A stretch of 64,000 nt of DNA, from assembly GCF_009914755.1 (NCBI RefSeq), contig NC_060929.1; one strand, written 5' to 3'. The stretch comes from the human T2T-CHM13v2.0 reference genome, Homo sapiens. Below, one piece after another: positions 1 to 14,044 of this stretch. Below the pieces are notes generated by a model. That model did no database searches and was not told the DNA's origin. It saw nothing but the letters and a program-made list of their open reading frames with translations. The stretch's first letter is position 1, and every line of letters begins with the position of its first letter. Made by a program: the position numbers and the translations under genes.

Positions 1-334
1 AATTTGAATGTTGGCCTGTCTTGCTAGGTTGGGAAAGTTCTCCTGGATGATATCCTGAAGTACATTTTCCAACTTGGTTCCATTCTCCTCGTCTCTTTCA
101 GGTACCCCAGTCAGTCGTAGGTTTGGTCTTTTTACACAATCCCATAGTTCTCGGAGGTTTTGTTCATTCCTTTTTTTTCTTTATTCTCTAATCTTGTCTG
201 CCTGTCTTATTTCAGCAAGATAATCTTCAGGCTCTGAAATTCTTCCCTTTGCTTGGTCTATTCAGCTGTTGATACTTGTGGTTGCATTGTGAAGTTCTCG
301 TGTTGTGTTTTTCAGCTCCATCAGGCCATTTATG
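1..334 (-). mobile_element. L1 (L1P-type) ORF1-region fragment, continuing beyond the left edge of the window
   Basis: 'aatttgaatgttggcctgtcttgctaggttgggaaagttctcctggatgatatcctgaag...ttcagctccatcagg' is recognisable as the antisense of primate L1 ORF1. Confidence 0.85.
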
Positions 335-1179
335 TAATAGTTTTCTTTTATGTCAATTATCCTGTCAGGACTTAAATATTCTACATTATTCTAATTTTTT
401 AAATTATTTATTCCAATCACTATCCTAACAAGGTATGCATATTGCATTTGGTTGATATGTCCATTGACAAATTTCCTGTGCAATTTATTGGTTGAAGAAA
501 CTGGTAATTTGTTCTGCAGAGATTTCCATATTCTGGATTTTGCTGACTATATCTCCATGTCTCTTCTCTTGGATCTCTCATTTGTCTTCCTCCATTTGAT
601 AGTTCTTTCAACAGATATATGTGCTCAGTATTTCTCTACTCCACTCTCAACAAAAGCAATACAAAGTATATCCATGATAAAACAGATAAACTATGATCTC
701 ATCCATATAAATGTAAATATGTGAATGTCTAGTTTGTATAAAGAAATGCAGAAAAAAATGGTCACAGAAGTGTTGATAATGGTTGTTTCAGTAGAAGTTT
801 TTAAGTGACGACTTTTCTCATACTTTCATGAGCTAACATTTGCTAAAATGAATATGTATTTATATAACTAAAACGTGGCTAGGTTTTGAAATGGGGAAAT
901 AGACAAAAAATTGAACTATCTTACTTTCTCTGTGTTCTACACTTCCATTTTATAAGTTCACTTTGGAATGAATGATTGAGATTCCTTTTAATTTTTTTCA
1001 TTAATTCAACAAATATTTTTAAGCATTTGCTAAATGGCAGACACAGTGGTTTAAAGACACGGGCTTCTCTATGCACCTGTATTAAACTGTAAAACTGAGC
1101 ACATTAAGCAAGTTCTTTACTACATAGCTCTAGTTGCTACTGGTGGATTTTAAGATAAAGTCCAAATGCTACACTGGAA

Positions 1180-1651
1180 CACAAAAGGAACCTCCTGGCC
1201 TGGCCCCTGCACAGCTCACCAGGACTCATCCTTTGCCACTCAAACCTTTCCAAACTACTCTGGCTCCTTGAAATCTCACCATGATTTATCTTGGCTCTAA
1301 GGCTGTCCTCATGCTGATCCTTCTGCATAGAAAATTGTCTCCTTTTCCATTAACCTTCATCCTCCATTCACATGTGACTCCTATTCATCCTTCATTCTTT
1401 AGCTTCATCAATTCAGCTCAGAAGTCACCTTTTCCAAGAATCCTTTCCTGATATGACCCCATCATACCCTGTGCATGCTTTTATCATAGAAACAATAAAT
1501 TGCCACATTACAGGCTATTGATTCATAGATATAAGCACTAGACTGTGAGCTCCTGGAGGGCAGAGAACCCTGTTTAGCTTATTTCCTCAGATCCTCGCAC
1601 TGGACAATAACCAAGTATGTACTCAATAAATAGCTTTGAGTGAATAAATGA
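1180..1651 (+). mobile_element. L2 3' end fragment
   Basis: 'gactgtgagctcctggagggcagaga...actcaataaatagctttgagtgaataaatga' matches the L2 3' terminus with its degenerate (TGAA)n tail. Confidence 0.7.
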
Positions 1652-3008
1652 GAGGCCCCTCACTCTAGTGAATTTACTTTCTTAAGGCTTCCCCACTGCA
1701 CTATTTATAGTCAAATCCAGTGGCTCTCCTCCATAGCCTCTAACACCATTGTCCACACGTTCCTTCTCAGAAATCCTCTTTGCCTTGGTTTCTGTGACAA
1801 CATATTCTTTTTTGTATTCTTCCGGCTCCTGAAATCTCTCCTTGTTTTTTTAAATATATATATTTTTCCTTACCCCCTCAAATATTGATGATTTCCAAGG
1901 CTTGATCTTCAGACTTTGTCTCTTCACTCTGCATTCTCCCTTGAAGACACTGCCCACCCCCACAGCTCCAATGCCTCACTCCTAACCCAAGTAGATGTTA
2001 CCTAAGCCTTTGAGACTAGCTCTGACTTTAATTCTGAATTTCCAAGCTAGCTTGCTCACAGCCAAATGGCCACAAAGATGTACTGCAGGAAACTGAGCTT
2101 AGCATATCTCAAGCATTACTCATTTTTCTTGGCAATCCCTCCCCCCAACAGCATGTGCATACGTGTTCACACCCACACACACTCACAATGTTTTCTACCT
2201 TCTACAGTTCTTACCCTGATTATCAGTTTTATGTTCCTACTGTATTAGGCCAAAAACACTAGCATATAATTTTTACCCTTCTTTTCTAACTCTCCACATT
2301 CAGCAAATTGAAAATGTTTGCCAATCCTACCCTGCTCAAGTTTAATCTCACAACTCTTTTCTTTATATTAAAAAGTAAAAATAATATGAAAATTTCAAAC
2401 ACATAAGAAAATTCTGAAAATATTACGACAAACATTTCTGCTGTATTGGATTCAAAGGCATTTTGTTCTCCAAGAAATAAAATGTTACAATCACTGTTAA
2501 AACAACCCTATGCCTTCCTATTCCCTTACTCCTCCCTACAGTAACTGCCAATCTGAAGTTAATTTATGTTTTTCCTATGTCATGCAATTAAACAAATGTA
2601 AAAGCAAGAAATGTATTAAGCTTGAAAAATAAAGATCTATAGGTGAAAAAATATTGTATTCATAATATGCTTCTTGATTCAGAAATCGGCCATATTTATA
2701 TAATTACAAGTAATATATTTGTAGGAATAGGAGGTGATTTGTGATAGAGAAATTGTATAAGAGCTAAATTCTTATTCAACACTTCCTTTTAACTTCCTCT
2801 TTTGATGCCCTAATTCTGGAATTCACTTGGTTAATTGTAATTGCGGTGACTTCCTGACTGGCTCCTGCCTATGTCTCCTAGGTTATCGCTCTAAAGCATA
2901 GCATGGAACATGTCACTTCTCCTGTTCAAAAACCTTTGATTATTCTATTTGGGTTTGTCCTCTGTAATCTGGCATCAGTCTGTCTTTCCAGACTCTCTCC
3001 CTCTTCAC

Positions 3009-3210
3009 TGGGGTTTCTCAAGCTCAGCAGTATTGACATTTTGGGCCAGAAGATTCTTTGTTGTGGGGCTGTCCTGTGCATTGCAGGATGTTGAGCATCA
3101 TCCTTGCCCTCTACCCCTAGGTGCCAGTAGCAAACCCTTTCCATCCAAAGTTGTGACAATCAAAAATATCTCCAGACATTGCCAAATGTCTCCTAGGGAG
3201 CAAAAACTCT
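3009..3210 (-). mobile_element. MER20 (hAT-Charlie DNA transposon)
   Basis: 'ggtttctcaagctcagcagtattgacattttgggccagaagattctttgttgtggggctgtcctgtgcattg...ccagacattgccaaatgtc' is the reverse complement of the MER20 consensus. Confidence 0.9.
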
Positions 3211-3241
3211 CTCTCTTTTGGTGTGTGTGTGTCTCTCTCCT

Positions 3242-3243
<2 letters not shown>

Positions 3244-3277
<34 letters not shown>
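3244..3277. repeat. (AC)n microsatellite, about 17 units
   Basis: Directly visible, preceded by short (TG) and (TC) runs. Confidence 0.95.
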
Positions 3278-3281
<4 letters not shown>

Positions 3282-3667
3282 TATCCCTAGCAAAGAATTA
3301 CTCTAAGTCATAACCCTTACCTACATTGTTTAATCCCACAAACCATACATATCTTAGATTCAGATTATAAGGAAATGCTTGTGTTCTTTTGAATCCCAAC
3401 ATGTGATTAGTACCAGCGCTGAAACAATCTCAGGAGGCTGAGTTTTGCCTTGGCTAAAAGCTACATTTGAGGGGAAGCTAGAATTAAAGTTCAGAAAAAC
3501 AAAGCCTTTGACTGCAAGTGGAGGGGATATACACACTGATAAAAAGAGAACAGCTTAAATATTTCCCAGAAACTCTCATGGAAGTGGGTGGTAAAACTCA
3601 GTGAGAAGCAAGAATGGAGAATGCGAGGCTGTGATAAAGAAGAGGCTATGAGAGTTTGCAGCATTGA

Positions 3668-3895
3668 TAATAATAGCTAACATTTGAGTATTTACTATGT
3701 GTCAGACACTTACAGTGCTTAATCTCAAAACAAATTTCTAAAGTCTGTATTATTACAATTGCCATTTTACAGATGAAAAAACTACAGTACTAAGAAATAA
3801 AGAGATTTTTCCAAAAGTCCCAAAGTTAGTAATGAGCAGAGCTGGGATTCAAACAGAGACTTTGGCTCTGGAGCCTGACATCTTACCTACAACAT
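3668..3895 (-). mobile_element. MIR SINE
   Basis: 'taatagctaacatttgagtatttactatgtgtcagacac...ccattttacagatgaaaaaact...gagctgggattcaaac' matches the MIR core in antisense. Confidence 0.8.
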
Positions 3896-4429
3896 CACAC
3901 TTTCTTTTATAAAGAAGTGCTTTCCTGAGCCCAGTTTTCTTAGCCTAAAGTAAATGAGGTCTTGGCCTGTGTGGGCCTCCCTGCTACAGGTTACAGGTCA
4001 TTCAGAACCATTTCTCCACCTCTTCCAAAGCTGCATGGGTTAAGTGTGACACCAATCCACTGAGGTCCTGAGCTCTGGAAGGTTTTGGTTAGCAGCTGTA
4101 AAGGATGCCATCAACTAGCTTTGAATGTCTAGTCCCTCCACTGCCCTCATGCCCTGAGTGAAAATTCACTTTAAGTTTCCAAAACTTCCTCTTTGAACCT
4201 TCACATTGTCTTCCTACGCTGACCTTGCATCCTCCTGTCCCATCATTGGGATGTATCTCCTAGGAGCTGATGCACAGAAGCATCTCCACATGCTCCCTAA
4301 AGTCCTTGTTTTATTTTTGTCATAGAAAATACAAGATAGAAACTGCTTTTCTGGTTCCAAGTATCCAATTCAGCACTGACCCAAATAAGGTGCCAATAAA
4401 TTGTAGCTAACCATGAACATGTATTGAAG

Positions 4430-4640
4430 GTCAATTGTTGACAAGGCATTGTGCCAAGCACTATACATGTAGCTTTTCTTTTAATGCGCACAATAGCTCC
4501 TGAGGTATTATTATCCCCATTTTATAGGTGGGAAAAGGAGGTTCAGGGAGCTAAAATACTCTGCTTGAGGTCACATGGCAAATAAGCCTTGGAGCTAGTC
4601 TGCAAACTCAAGCACTCTGACTCCAGAGTCCACACTCTAA
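4430..4640 (-). mobile_element. MIR SINE
   Basis: 'gaggtattattatccccattttataggtgggaaaaggaggttcagggag...gaggtcacatggc'. Confidence 0.75.
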
Positions 4641-7600
4641 ATATTAGTTGGGTAAAAAGTTAATAATTTTGAGGGTTACATTTGGCAAGCTTGGCTTTGT
4701 CAATAGGCTAACATCTGGACCATCTGTATAGTGGTCAAGGAGTCCTTGAGAAATGGTGCCTCACTCCAGATGCCCTAGCAGAAGTCACAAGGCATCCTCC
4801 GCACTCTTCCCTGCAGCCTCTCTTAGTTTCTTATGTCAAAGGTCTTGCTCCAGTTGGACCCACTCTTTCCAGTTCTGGCTTCCTGTCTAGGGACTGCCTC
4901 CAGTTCCACACTCTAGAGCATGTATGATTGGCAGTTCCTGCTGCCAATTCAAACTCTTGCTCAGTTCTCAGCCCCACCCCTCTCCCCAGATTCCCTTGTC
5001 TTTTCTCGGAATGGTCCTCAGAGGGTCCTTCCAGGGTTCCAACACTACAGTTTTCAGTAAGGAACCGAATTTGCACCTAAAGGAAGCACGTGCCTGCTAT
5101 GCAGGGTGGTTTTCATACAAAAGAGCCTAGAGACACATGGAGAAGATGGCCAGTCCGAAGAGAATGCAGAATTTGGACTTTGGAGAAGAGGCCAACAAAT
5201 GCTAGAATTGTGTCCACTAAGGGTGGAAGTCAGGAAGAGTCAAGGCTAGCCTGTTTCTCTGGACCATTGCCCATCCCACCCCCACTTCCCCTCATCCTGC
5301 AGGCTGGAAGTGCATGAGGACAGGGAGCTGCCATCTTGGTCTCCTCACACCTGACAGACATTCTGGAGGCCTGTGTTCAGGCTGTGGCTTTGGATTCTGA
5401 CCACTGTTTCCACCTCCCCCACCCCTTGAAGGACATCCAAGGGTTATATGTGTGAACTGGAGCCAGAGTGGCCTACTGCCTGTGCCTGAGCTCTCCTGGT
5501 GGCATTTTGAAGAGGAAATAGTTCAGGCCTCTGATATTCTGGCTCTACCCAGTAAGCCCAGGTGTGGAGACCCCCCCTTGAAAAGCCTACTTGCCTTAGT
5601 CCCTCTGTTGCCATTGTCTTTGAAGTCAGGTTGGAAGAAACTTTTCTCTCTTGCACTGTGGCTCCTCAGTGAACAGGATCCTACAGTGGAGGAGAAATAG
5701 TGTCTTGACTTCCTGGTCAGTCCCTTGAGGCCCTCATTTCCCAGGACACTCCTCCCAGGCCAAGTCATTCTGTCTCCTCTGGTGAGATCACAACCCCTAG
5801 GGACAGGCCAGCTGCTGGTGGGACTTCCCCTGGGAGAAGTAGCTTCAGTGCTTTGAAAGGCTGAAGCCATTTCTCCCAGAGAAGGTGAGTCAGAGGAGGA
5901 GGCCCTTGAGATAGCAAAGCAGGAGGGGTTGGTCAGCTTTAGAGGGGAACAGGAGGCTCTTTCTATTGGAAGTTAGAAGCTGAGAACCATGGCAAAAGGA
6001 ACACTTTAGAGTGAAAGAGTCTATGGAGAAAGACACCTGGTGTTCTCAGTCCTTCCCCAACTCAACTCTTCCCCCAAAACTTTACAGCAGTGGATCACTG
6101 TGCCCTGCTCGACCATCACAGACACAGACAGCCACAGCTCTGCAAGTGCATGGGAGAGATAGCCCAGTTGTGGTAAAGGTGCAGGACCCACTGAGCTACA
6201 TCGTGGAAAATGTTGAGGCAATGACCTGGGTATCTGACATCCAGGAAGACCTATGTCCCAGGCCATAGATCTTAACTGCCTTTGCTTCTCAAGATGTCTG
6301 TCCTGCCAAAAGCTGCATAGGAACCCAGTGTTCCTCATGCATTTCTATATCAGAGGGAGTATAGAATACTCTAGGGCTGCCATTCAGACTCTGCCTCTGT
6401 TTTAGTTTCTCCCTTCTGCCCTTTGTTAGGGCTTCCTGATACCCTAGGAATTTACCTGTTCCAGGACTGCCATGTGATGGTGACAGGCAGTGATAGAACC
6501 CATTCATTTTGGGGAATGCTCATGGGATCTTTTCCTGACTGAGCCACCTAACTGGTGCTGCTGGCAGAGGGTGCAGGCAGTCATGGTGTGTCTTGGTCTG
6601 GCTCTGGAGAGTTGGGGCTGGAGAGGTATGTCCTCACATTTAACTCCAGAGCAAAGCGAGGCACCTGTACCAGATGCCAGTTTGCCCTGCTGAAGTACTT
6701 CCTTGCCTATTCCATCCCCCTGGAGTCAAAGGCTGGTGCCACATTGCTCTCACCAGCTGTTGTACCTTCTGGTGAGGAAGATTCTAGAGACCCCACCTTC
6801 CCCCAGTGAAAGAAGTCTTATGCCTTAAATAGTTTACCAATGATTTGAAGTCTCATTCTTGTTTTGAGTTCAGGGAGTATATTTTCTTATATTCAGCTAG
6901 AAAATGCCATAAATAAATAGTGGTTAGGTTTTTAGCAAAATGTGCTGTAAATAAATAGTGGCTAGTTTTCTAGGTAAGTCTATCCCAGCCAGGTTGACAT
7001 TACTATAGTTGAAATGGTATACTTTCGCTAAAAATAATAAAAGACAATATTGTAGAATCAGATTTTGTTTACTTCAAAAATCATATGATTTTCAATATGA
7101 GATACTATCAATGAAGTTCTTGAGATTATTGGCCCTGCTTGGGAGCCTCATCTCAAGAGTTAGAGGTGGAAAGCATTGCCTACTGGCTGATTGCAAGGGT
7201 CAGGGGAAAGGTGAAGTGGGAAGACTACTGACCCCTCAAAAAGTGAGGGGCATGATGGGATGCAGAAACTGGCAGTGTCACGTGGGAGGAAATGACCTGT
7301 CTCAAGATCTAGTTCTGCCATTTGCTGGTTCTGTGGCCTTAGGTTAGTGCTTTAGCCTCCTGAGTTAGTCTCATCACTGGTTAAATAAAGAAGAGTTAAA
7401 TAATACTATTTCTACAGGTTTGATGAGGGAATAACATGACATATAATGCTTTTAGAAGATTTCTGTGGCATATAGAGCTGAGTGGTGATTGACTTTGAAG
7501 GCTAAAAGACCAAGATGTGCCTCACCTGTAAAATAGGAGTAGTCTAATATGTATAAAGTACTTAGCCTGGTGCCCAGCACATGATGGCAAATGGTAGCTG

Positions 7601-9059
7601 CTGTAAGTGACATTATTATATTACCATCCTTGACTTCCCCAAGGAGGCTGATTCCCTTTTGCCATGCCTACACACTGTTCCATTCTACAAGAGCCAAGAT
7701 GCTATTTCTGCTTGACTTAGAGAATGGAAATGGGATGGTGGAGCATGGTGGCCAGCTCAGAGCAGGCAGCTATTGAATCAGGTCCTAAAGATGTGAAGCC
7801 ACCACAGCAGTCATTGGGATAGAAGAAGGGTGGGAATGGGGAATGAGGAGTTCAGGAAATACTTTATTCAAAGGGTCCACAAAAGAGGTGAAAAGAGTAG
7901 GGAAAGAAGGAATGCAAGGTGAGGCATAGAGGAGGGGAGAGGTAAGCTTTATTTAAAAGTCTATGTTAAGGACACTACAAACTCTTGCCTGTGTTTATTC
8001 CTACATAAGAGTTATTCTACCAGTCGAACTGTCAAGTAGTGGTCTGTAGCCTAATCATTTGGCCTTCCCTGTCTGTTATGCTGAAATATTATCTCAGAAG
8101 TCTTTCATGGAAAACTTACTGCATGAGCTATGGAATGGTGGGCAGATCACATTCTCCAGGGACTCCATCTGCCTCTTCTAAAAGATCTGTCGAACTTAGG
8201 CCCCTTCTCTTGTTAAAAGATCTAACTTAGGCCTCTTCTCTTGTGTTTCTGAAAGCTGTAGTTTTTGTAGCTATTACTTTGACCCCTTTAAATGAGCCTC
8301 GCGTCAGGTCTCACTGTGACAGAACATGAACAATACCACTCACACAGCCGAGCTTGGGCTTCAAGTCTCTGATCTGCTGCTACCTGGCTGGGTGACCCAG
8401 GGCAAATGACTTAACCTGAGATCCTACTTCATTTTTAAATTGAAGGTGCTGGACTCCAGGATCTCAAAATGTCTTTCCCACTTTGACATTCTACCTGCTT
8501 CTCTTTCACGTGAGAAATGTCCCATTCCTAGCCTTTCTATTTTTCTTCTGCATGATTTTGTCTCCCTTAGAGTAATAAAGGAGAGGCCAGAGGTTAGGCA
8601 AGCAGCAAAATTTAATACTAGAAATATGACAGTAAATTAGAATCATTTATGTTCCAAGTCTCCTGAAAACTGATTAAAATCTTCCTTTGGCCACGAGGGT
8701 GGGTGGGGACTACAAGAAGCACCATAATTACTGTTTGGCCTCAATCAAAGAAGGCTATCGGATGTGGGGAGAGGAACATTGGTTCTTCTTCTCTTTCAAG
8801 GCACATTCATTTTTTGAAACACATTCATTTTTTGAGTCTTATGCATGCTTTCTGAATGGCTTCTCAGAGCTCCTTCCTGAGAATAGTGTGACTGAACCAC
8901 TACAGGGTGGGGTTTTACATACGAGGACTCTCGGTGCTAGGTCATGTGTCCCCAGGCAAGGCCCTTTACCTTTCTGGAAGTATTGTACACATTGCCAAGG
9001 GCCTGTGCAGTGCAAATTTACCAAAGTGATTTTACCAAATTTACCATGTCCCTTGGGAC

Positions 9060-9312
9060 AATATAGAAAAGTGGTTAGGAGAACCAGCCTTGGAAGCCAG
9101 GCAGATCTAGGTTGAAATTCCAGCCCTGCCTCTAAATAGCTGTATAAGCTTGAGCAAGTAACATAACCTCCCCAACCCTTTATTCTCCACTTGTAAATGG
9201 AATAATAAGTGTTCATACTTCAGAGAGTTGTTGTGAACATCACACAAAATGAGGCAGTTATGTAGCCTGGCACTGTGCCTGACACATGTAAGTGCTCAAA
9301 AAAAAATTAGCT
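9060..9312 (+). mobile_element. MIR SINE
   Basis: 'gtggttagga...ggttgaaattccagccctgcc...tgtaaatggaataataag...gttgttgtga...aagtgctcaa'. Confidence 0.8.
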
Positions 9313-9527
9313 CACATTATAGTCATGATTCCTGACCCCTAAGAGGCTGAAAATCAAGTGGAAAGAGTCAAGTTAAATGTCAATTAAAATCAGTAAGTAA
9401 TACAGATACTCAGAGAGGCCAAAATCAGTATGGGAGAGCATTGTAGGGAAGATGGGAATTGCATTGGTTCTTAAAAAATTAAAACGTGATCAAGAGAAAT
9501 AAAGGTACTTCAGGGAATAATAAGGAC

Positions 9528-10215
9528 CATCCATTTATCCTTTTAATATGTATTTATTGAGAAGTCACTGTGTGTTAGATGCTGTCCTAAGTGCTGGAGT
9601 GGATAAGATGCATTCTAGTAATGGATCAAATGATAAACTATGTACCATAGGTAGCGACAAATGCTGCAAAGCGAAAAGCAGGGTAAGGGACATAAAAATC
9701 ATGGCAGCAGGTGGGCTGGATGTAGTAAAAGACTTCCAACCAGATCCTGAAGTGAGAGCAAAAGCAATGCGGATTTCTACAGAAGATGCTTTCCAGGCAG
9801 AAAGATGAGCAAGTGCAGTGGTCCTGGGACAAGATGGTGATTAGTGTGTCCAATGAACAGCAGGCAGGCTAGTGTGACTGCAGCAGAGGATGCCAATGAG
9901 GAAGGGTATAGGATACCAGTGAAAGAGGCAGCCAGCTGCCAGATTGCAGACTTTAAGTATGGATGAAGTTCTGGGATATTTTGGAGCCGGAGAGTGACAA
10001 TGTCTGACTTCTTTTTAAAAATTTCACTCTGGTGGCCATACAGAGAGCAAATTACGTTGCTGGGGAGGGTGTACAAAAGGAGTAGAAATAAGGAATTGAT
10101 AAAGATTGAGAGATATGGGTAGAATGAATGACCTGGAGTGGAGCGATGGTGGAAAGTGGTTGGGCTCTATATTGTTAAAGTACAGCCCATAGAATTTGCT
10201 AATGGGTTGGAGGTG
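9528..10215 (-). mobile_element. L2 fragment including the 3' end
   Basis: Starts 'catccatt...tatttattgag...gtgctggag', followed by a purine-rich L2 antisense body ('ccaggcagaaagatgagcaagtgcagtggtcctggg'). Confidence 0.75.
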
Positions 10216-12462
10216 GAGTTCTTAGCTTAGCTTGACAATCAGGTGAATGAAGGTGTCATGTAGGGAGATTGGAGGGATGAGGGAAGGAGCAGGTTGGGGA
10301 GCACCAGCAGCAGAAGTTTGTGTATTCCTGATGGGCAGATGTTTTGAGGGTGGGGGAAGTGACATAGGCTTAATAGAAGACTGGCACACTGAGCTATAGG
10401 AGAAGCTTTCTGAAGTGGATTGGAACAACAGGGAAGGCCTCCAATGCCAGGATGACTCTGGACTCTAACCAAAAATAATGACATTTCACACCTCTGTACA
10501 GGAATGGCTGGCAGAGTCATTTCTGTGTGTTTGGAGATTCACCAGTCCCTTCACATGGAGCATGTCATTAATGCCCTCTCTAGCCCCACAAAGTATAACC
10601 TCTCATTATCCCCACTTCCCAGATGAAGACATTGAGACAAAGGGGTTAAATAGCTCATCCAGAACCACCCATCTGGGGAGGATGGCGGTGAAGGTCTGGC
10701 TCTATTGTCTCCTAGACTAGGGCCAGATGAGCTGCAGGGCCTCTCAGGAGAGCTGGTGCCAATGCTGCATGGTGGCCACCCGCCCATGTGAGTGTGGCCC
10801 AGGTGGCCTCTCTGAAGGCATTGCTGATTTAAAGGAATAGTCAGTGCCTCCAATTTCTACCAGTAACAATGGTGCTGCGTAGAAGCTTCCCCATGGAATC
10901 GTGGAATAGACTTTTTTTTTTTTTTCAGGCACTGATCCTGCCCCAGGGTGTTTTCCAGAACTTGCATGGCTCCCTAATTACCTAGTAATGCTGAGAGCTT
11001 ATGAAAATGCTGTCATTTGTGTGAGGAGGGGAGGGAAGACTGAAAGAAGAAGAAGAAAAAAAAGCAGATAGAAAATGCTGTTAAACCTGGCAGAACTCCA
11101 GGGTGGGTAATTACATTCTTTGGGGTGTGTTCTCACCACACACACAGTCTGTGGATTATTTTGGAGCCTTCTGTATGAATTGTGCTAGAAAACATGAAAA
11201 AATATTATCATTATTATTTTTTAAAACATCTTTAAAAATAAGGCCTTTCTAAAGCCACAGAGGCACCCTCTCTCTGATTGCATTTTTGCCAGTTGGTTAG
11301 CTGTCAGCAATCTGTTCTTAGATCATAAATTTGATGGTCCCCCCACCCCCTTGAATTGCTTTACACTAGAAACCTAAAATGTTAAAGCCAGAAGAAACCT
11401 TGGTGAAACACCCATATTTTGCAGATGGAGAAACTAGTCCAAGAAGGGAAGGAACTTGCCAATACCACTATCACAGGTAATAGGAGGTAGAGGAGAGAAT
11501 GGGCCTCCCCAGACCTGACATCTGTCCTTTCTCTCCCTTACCCCAGCCCCTGCTGTCAAATGGAGTTACAGAGTGTCAGAACCAGAAGGGTCTGTAGCCA
11601 TCACCACATCTAATCTTGTCATTTAATAGATGAGGAAACAGTCTTGTAGAGGAAATGGACTTGGCCCCTAAATTGATACTGGGCATGAGAAGTGGTTGGA
11701 CTCTTGTCTCCAGGATTCCACTGGCACTCCGTGGCCTGTCAGTCAGATCAAGCTCAGAGGCACTACTCTTACCCTACCCCTTTTTTCCCTAAGTCACTAT
11801 ATTCCATATCCCATATATGTGTGTGTATATATATATATATTCCATATTTCTACTTTTCCTTGAGAAAAGAATCTGAGGATCTAGCCACTCTAGGCCTACA
11901 ATTCCTCATGGTAATAATCTGCTGCCTATTGAGTCCCTGTGGCCACCTTTAACAGGGCACAGTCTCTCTAGTTCCGTTTGTCTTCCCCATTCTCCCCAAC
12001 TTGGCTCACTTCATTCATTTCCCTGCCTGGCTCAAGGAAGCATTTGCATTTGTAATCCCTGTCCAACACCATTCTCCTTGATTTGCGGTGTCAAAACAAA
12101 GCCAAAATAAGTAAATCTTAGACTGTTTTGGCTACATGGTAAGAGGACTTAAAGTATGCCAAAAATATGAGCTGGGATGGGTCATAATTAATTTGAGGAG
12201 TAGGTGCCATGCTGTCTCTAGAGCACAATTTGAGCAGCATTTGGAGGCTTTTCCAATGGGATGTCAGCCACCTGGAGTTCCTCCATTAGATACTTAACTG
12301 CTGGACTTTAATGAGCACCCATCTTCAGATATCCCACTTTAAAATATGAAAAGTCTTAAAAGATAATCAACTTAATTTTTCTTCAGTGTAATATAATGGG
12401 AGGGACGCTGCAGGGTCCTGGTGCCCAGTCCCTGGCATGCCAATCACTAGTCCCCTTAAGGA

Positions 12463-12680
12463 AGGTTTTTTGGCCTCAATGCTATTTATATTTGGAACCA
12501 GATAATTCTTTTTTGTGGGGTGGATGCTCTGTGAATTGTAGGATGTTTAGTGGCATCCCTGGCCTTCACCCATGAGATTCCAGGGGTACAATTCCATAAT
12601 TGTGAGAACAAAAAACATCTCTGGACATTTTTGCCAAATATCCCCTGGGGGAGAAAATTGCTGTCAGTTGAGAACCACTG
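12463..12680 (-). mobile_element. MER20
   Basis: 'ccagataattctttttgtgggg...gtaggatgtttagtggcatccctggcc...ctggacatttttgccaaatatcccctggggg...ttgagaaccactg'. Confidence 0.88.
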
Positions 12681-12783
12681 TCTTAAGCTAATCATGTAGC
12701 CACTTTGAAGACTTTGCCACTTTGGGAATGGCAAATAGGACTGGGGACTCTAAAGAGAGACAGCATGATGAGCTAATAAAGGA

Positions 12784-12791
12784 TGACGTCA
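12784..12791. promoter_or_regulatory. Full palindromic CRE (TGACGTCA), about 2.9 kb upstream of the GRIA1 TSS region
   Basis: Exact octamer in 'ggaTGACGTCAaat' with its CpG intact. Function is not shown. Confidence 0.4.
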
Positions 12792-12899
12792 AATAAGTTA
12801 TTTAGGGAAATGAAGCTGTTTGGTAGGTAGTTCTAACCTTTGAGGATGAGGAAATGAGAAAATCACCTTCTACCAGTGGTCAATCTTTTCTTTCTCATG

Positions 12900-13440
12900 C
12901 ACATGCCCGCTATTGTAACTAGCATACTAAAAATGCCCCCATGGCTCATCATGGTCCACCAGGAATTCAGTGGGTTCCAAATCCTGACACTGACTTCCTC
13001 TAAGTTCCAAGTTCCCCAGTACACTCTTCCCAGTTATGCACTGCCGGCTCCAGGCTAACAGAGCACGTGGCATTCTTTCCTGCCCCCAGCCTTTGCTGGG
13101 GCTCTTTCCTTGGTTTGCATGTCCTTCCCAGTCCTCAGTTACTGCCTATAATCTCCTCATCCTTCACGGCTCAGTTCTTTTGAAGCCTTGCTGGATCCCC
13201 ACAGACAGACACACTGATTGCATCCTTCTTTGCTCCCCCGCTGCTGTGTTTACATCTTTTAGAGCACTTGTCATGGTCTTTCTGGGTGACAGTTGTCCGG
13301 GTTCGTCTGTCTTCTTCTTCTGCCACATTCACCTGCCTTGAGGCAGAGACTGTGTCTGATTCCTCTTCATATTGCCCAGCACCTGGCACCCTGTGAGATA
13401 CAGAATAGGTTCCCCACCAACATTTGAAATGAAGAGAATT
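12900..13440 (+). mobile_element. L2 3' fragment
   Basis: 'ccttgaggcagagactgtgtctgattcctc...cccagcacctggcac...acatttgaaatgaagagaat' matches the L2 terminus. Confidence 0.65.
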
Positions 13441-14044
13441 ATAAAGAAACATGGAATAAACATTGAACCTAATGTAGTTTGACCTAGATGCCTACACTTG
13501 AAATATGTAAGTTCTATATTTAATCAGTGAACAACTATGTATTTAATAGACCAAGGGGAGCTATTGACCATACTTGAGCAGGGCAATGACGTAGACCTCT
13601 GTTTTAGGAAGATCTGCTTGACTATATGATTTATAATGACCATGGAAAATTCATCTTTTTGACTCCCTTAAAAGTCCCCTCCCTACAAAGTATGCAAAAC
13701 AAATCTTACCTAATGCAGGGGGACATTGAGGTTTTGCTTGTAAAGGGTCTAAAGAGCTTCCTCTAAAAGGTGATTGCAAGGTGTGAAGCCTTTAATGACA
13801 GCCTAATTATTATTATTACCAGGCACAAAGCTTAGGGAACCTAAAAGATCCCCAGGTACTATTCAAAGTAGTAAGATACAAAAACTGAAAATGGAGAAAT
13901 TAAAAGATGGAATCATTAAATCAGAGACTCTTAATGTTGGCAGAGACCTTAGAAGTGATCTTTCCTGATTCTGTTCTCTCATCTTCCTATGCTGATGCTT
14001 ATTCTTCCTTTAGAAGGTTCCTACCCAGTGCTTGCTGTTATTAG

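Noticed and set aside
6966-6979. Recursive-splice-like 'ttttctag|gtaagt'
   Set aside because: It lies about 8.7 kb upstream of the GRIA1 TSS region, with no evidence of a transcript covering it.
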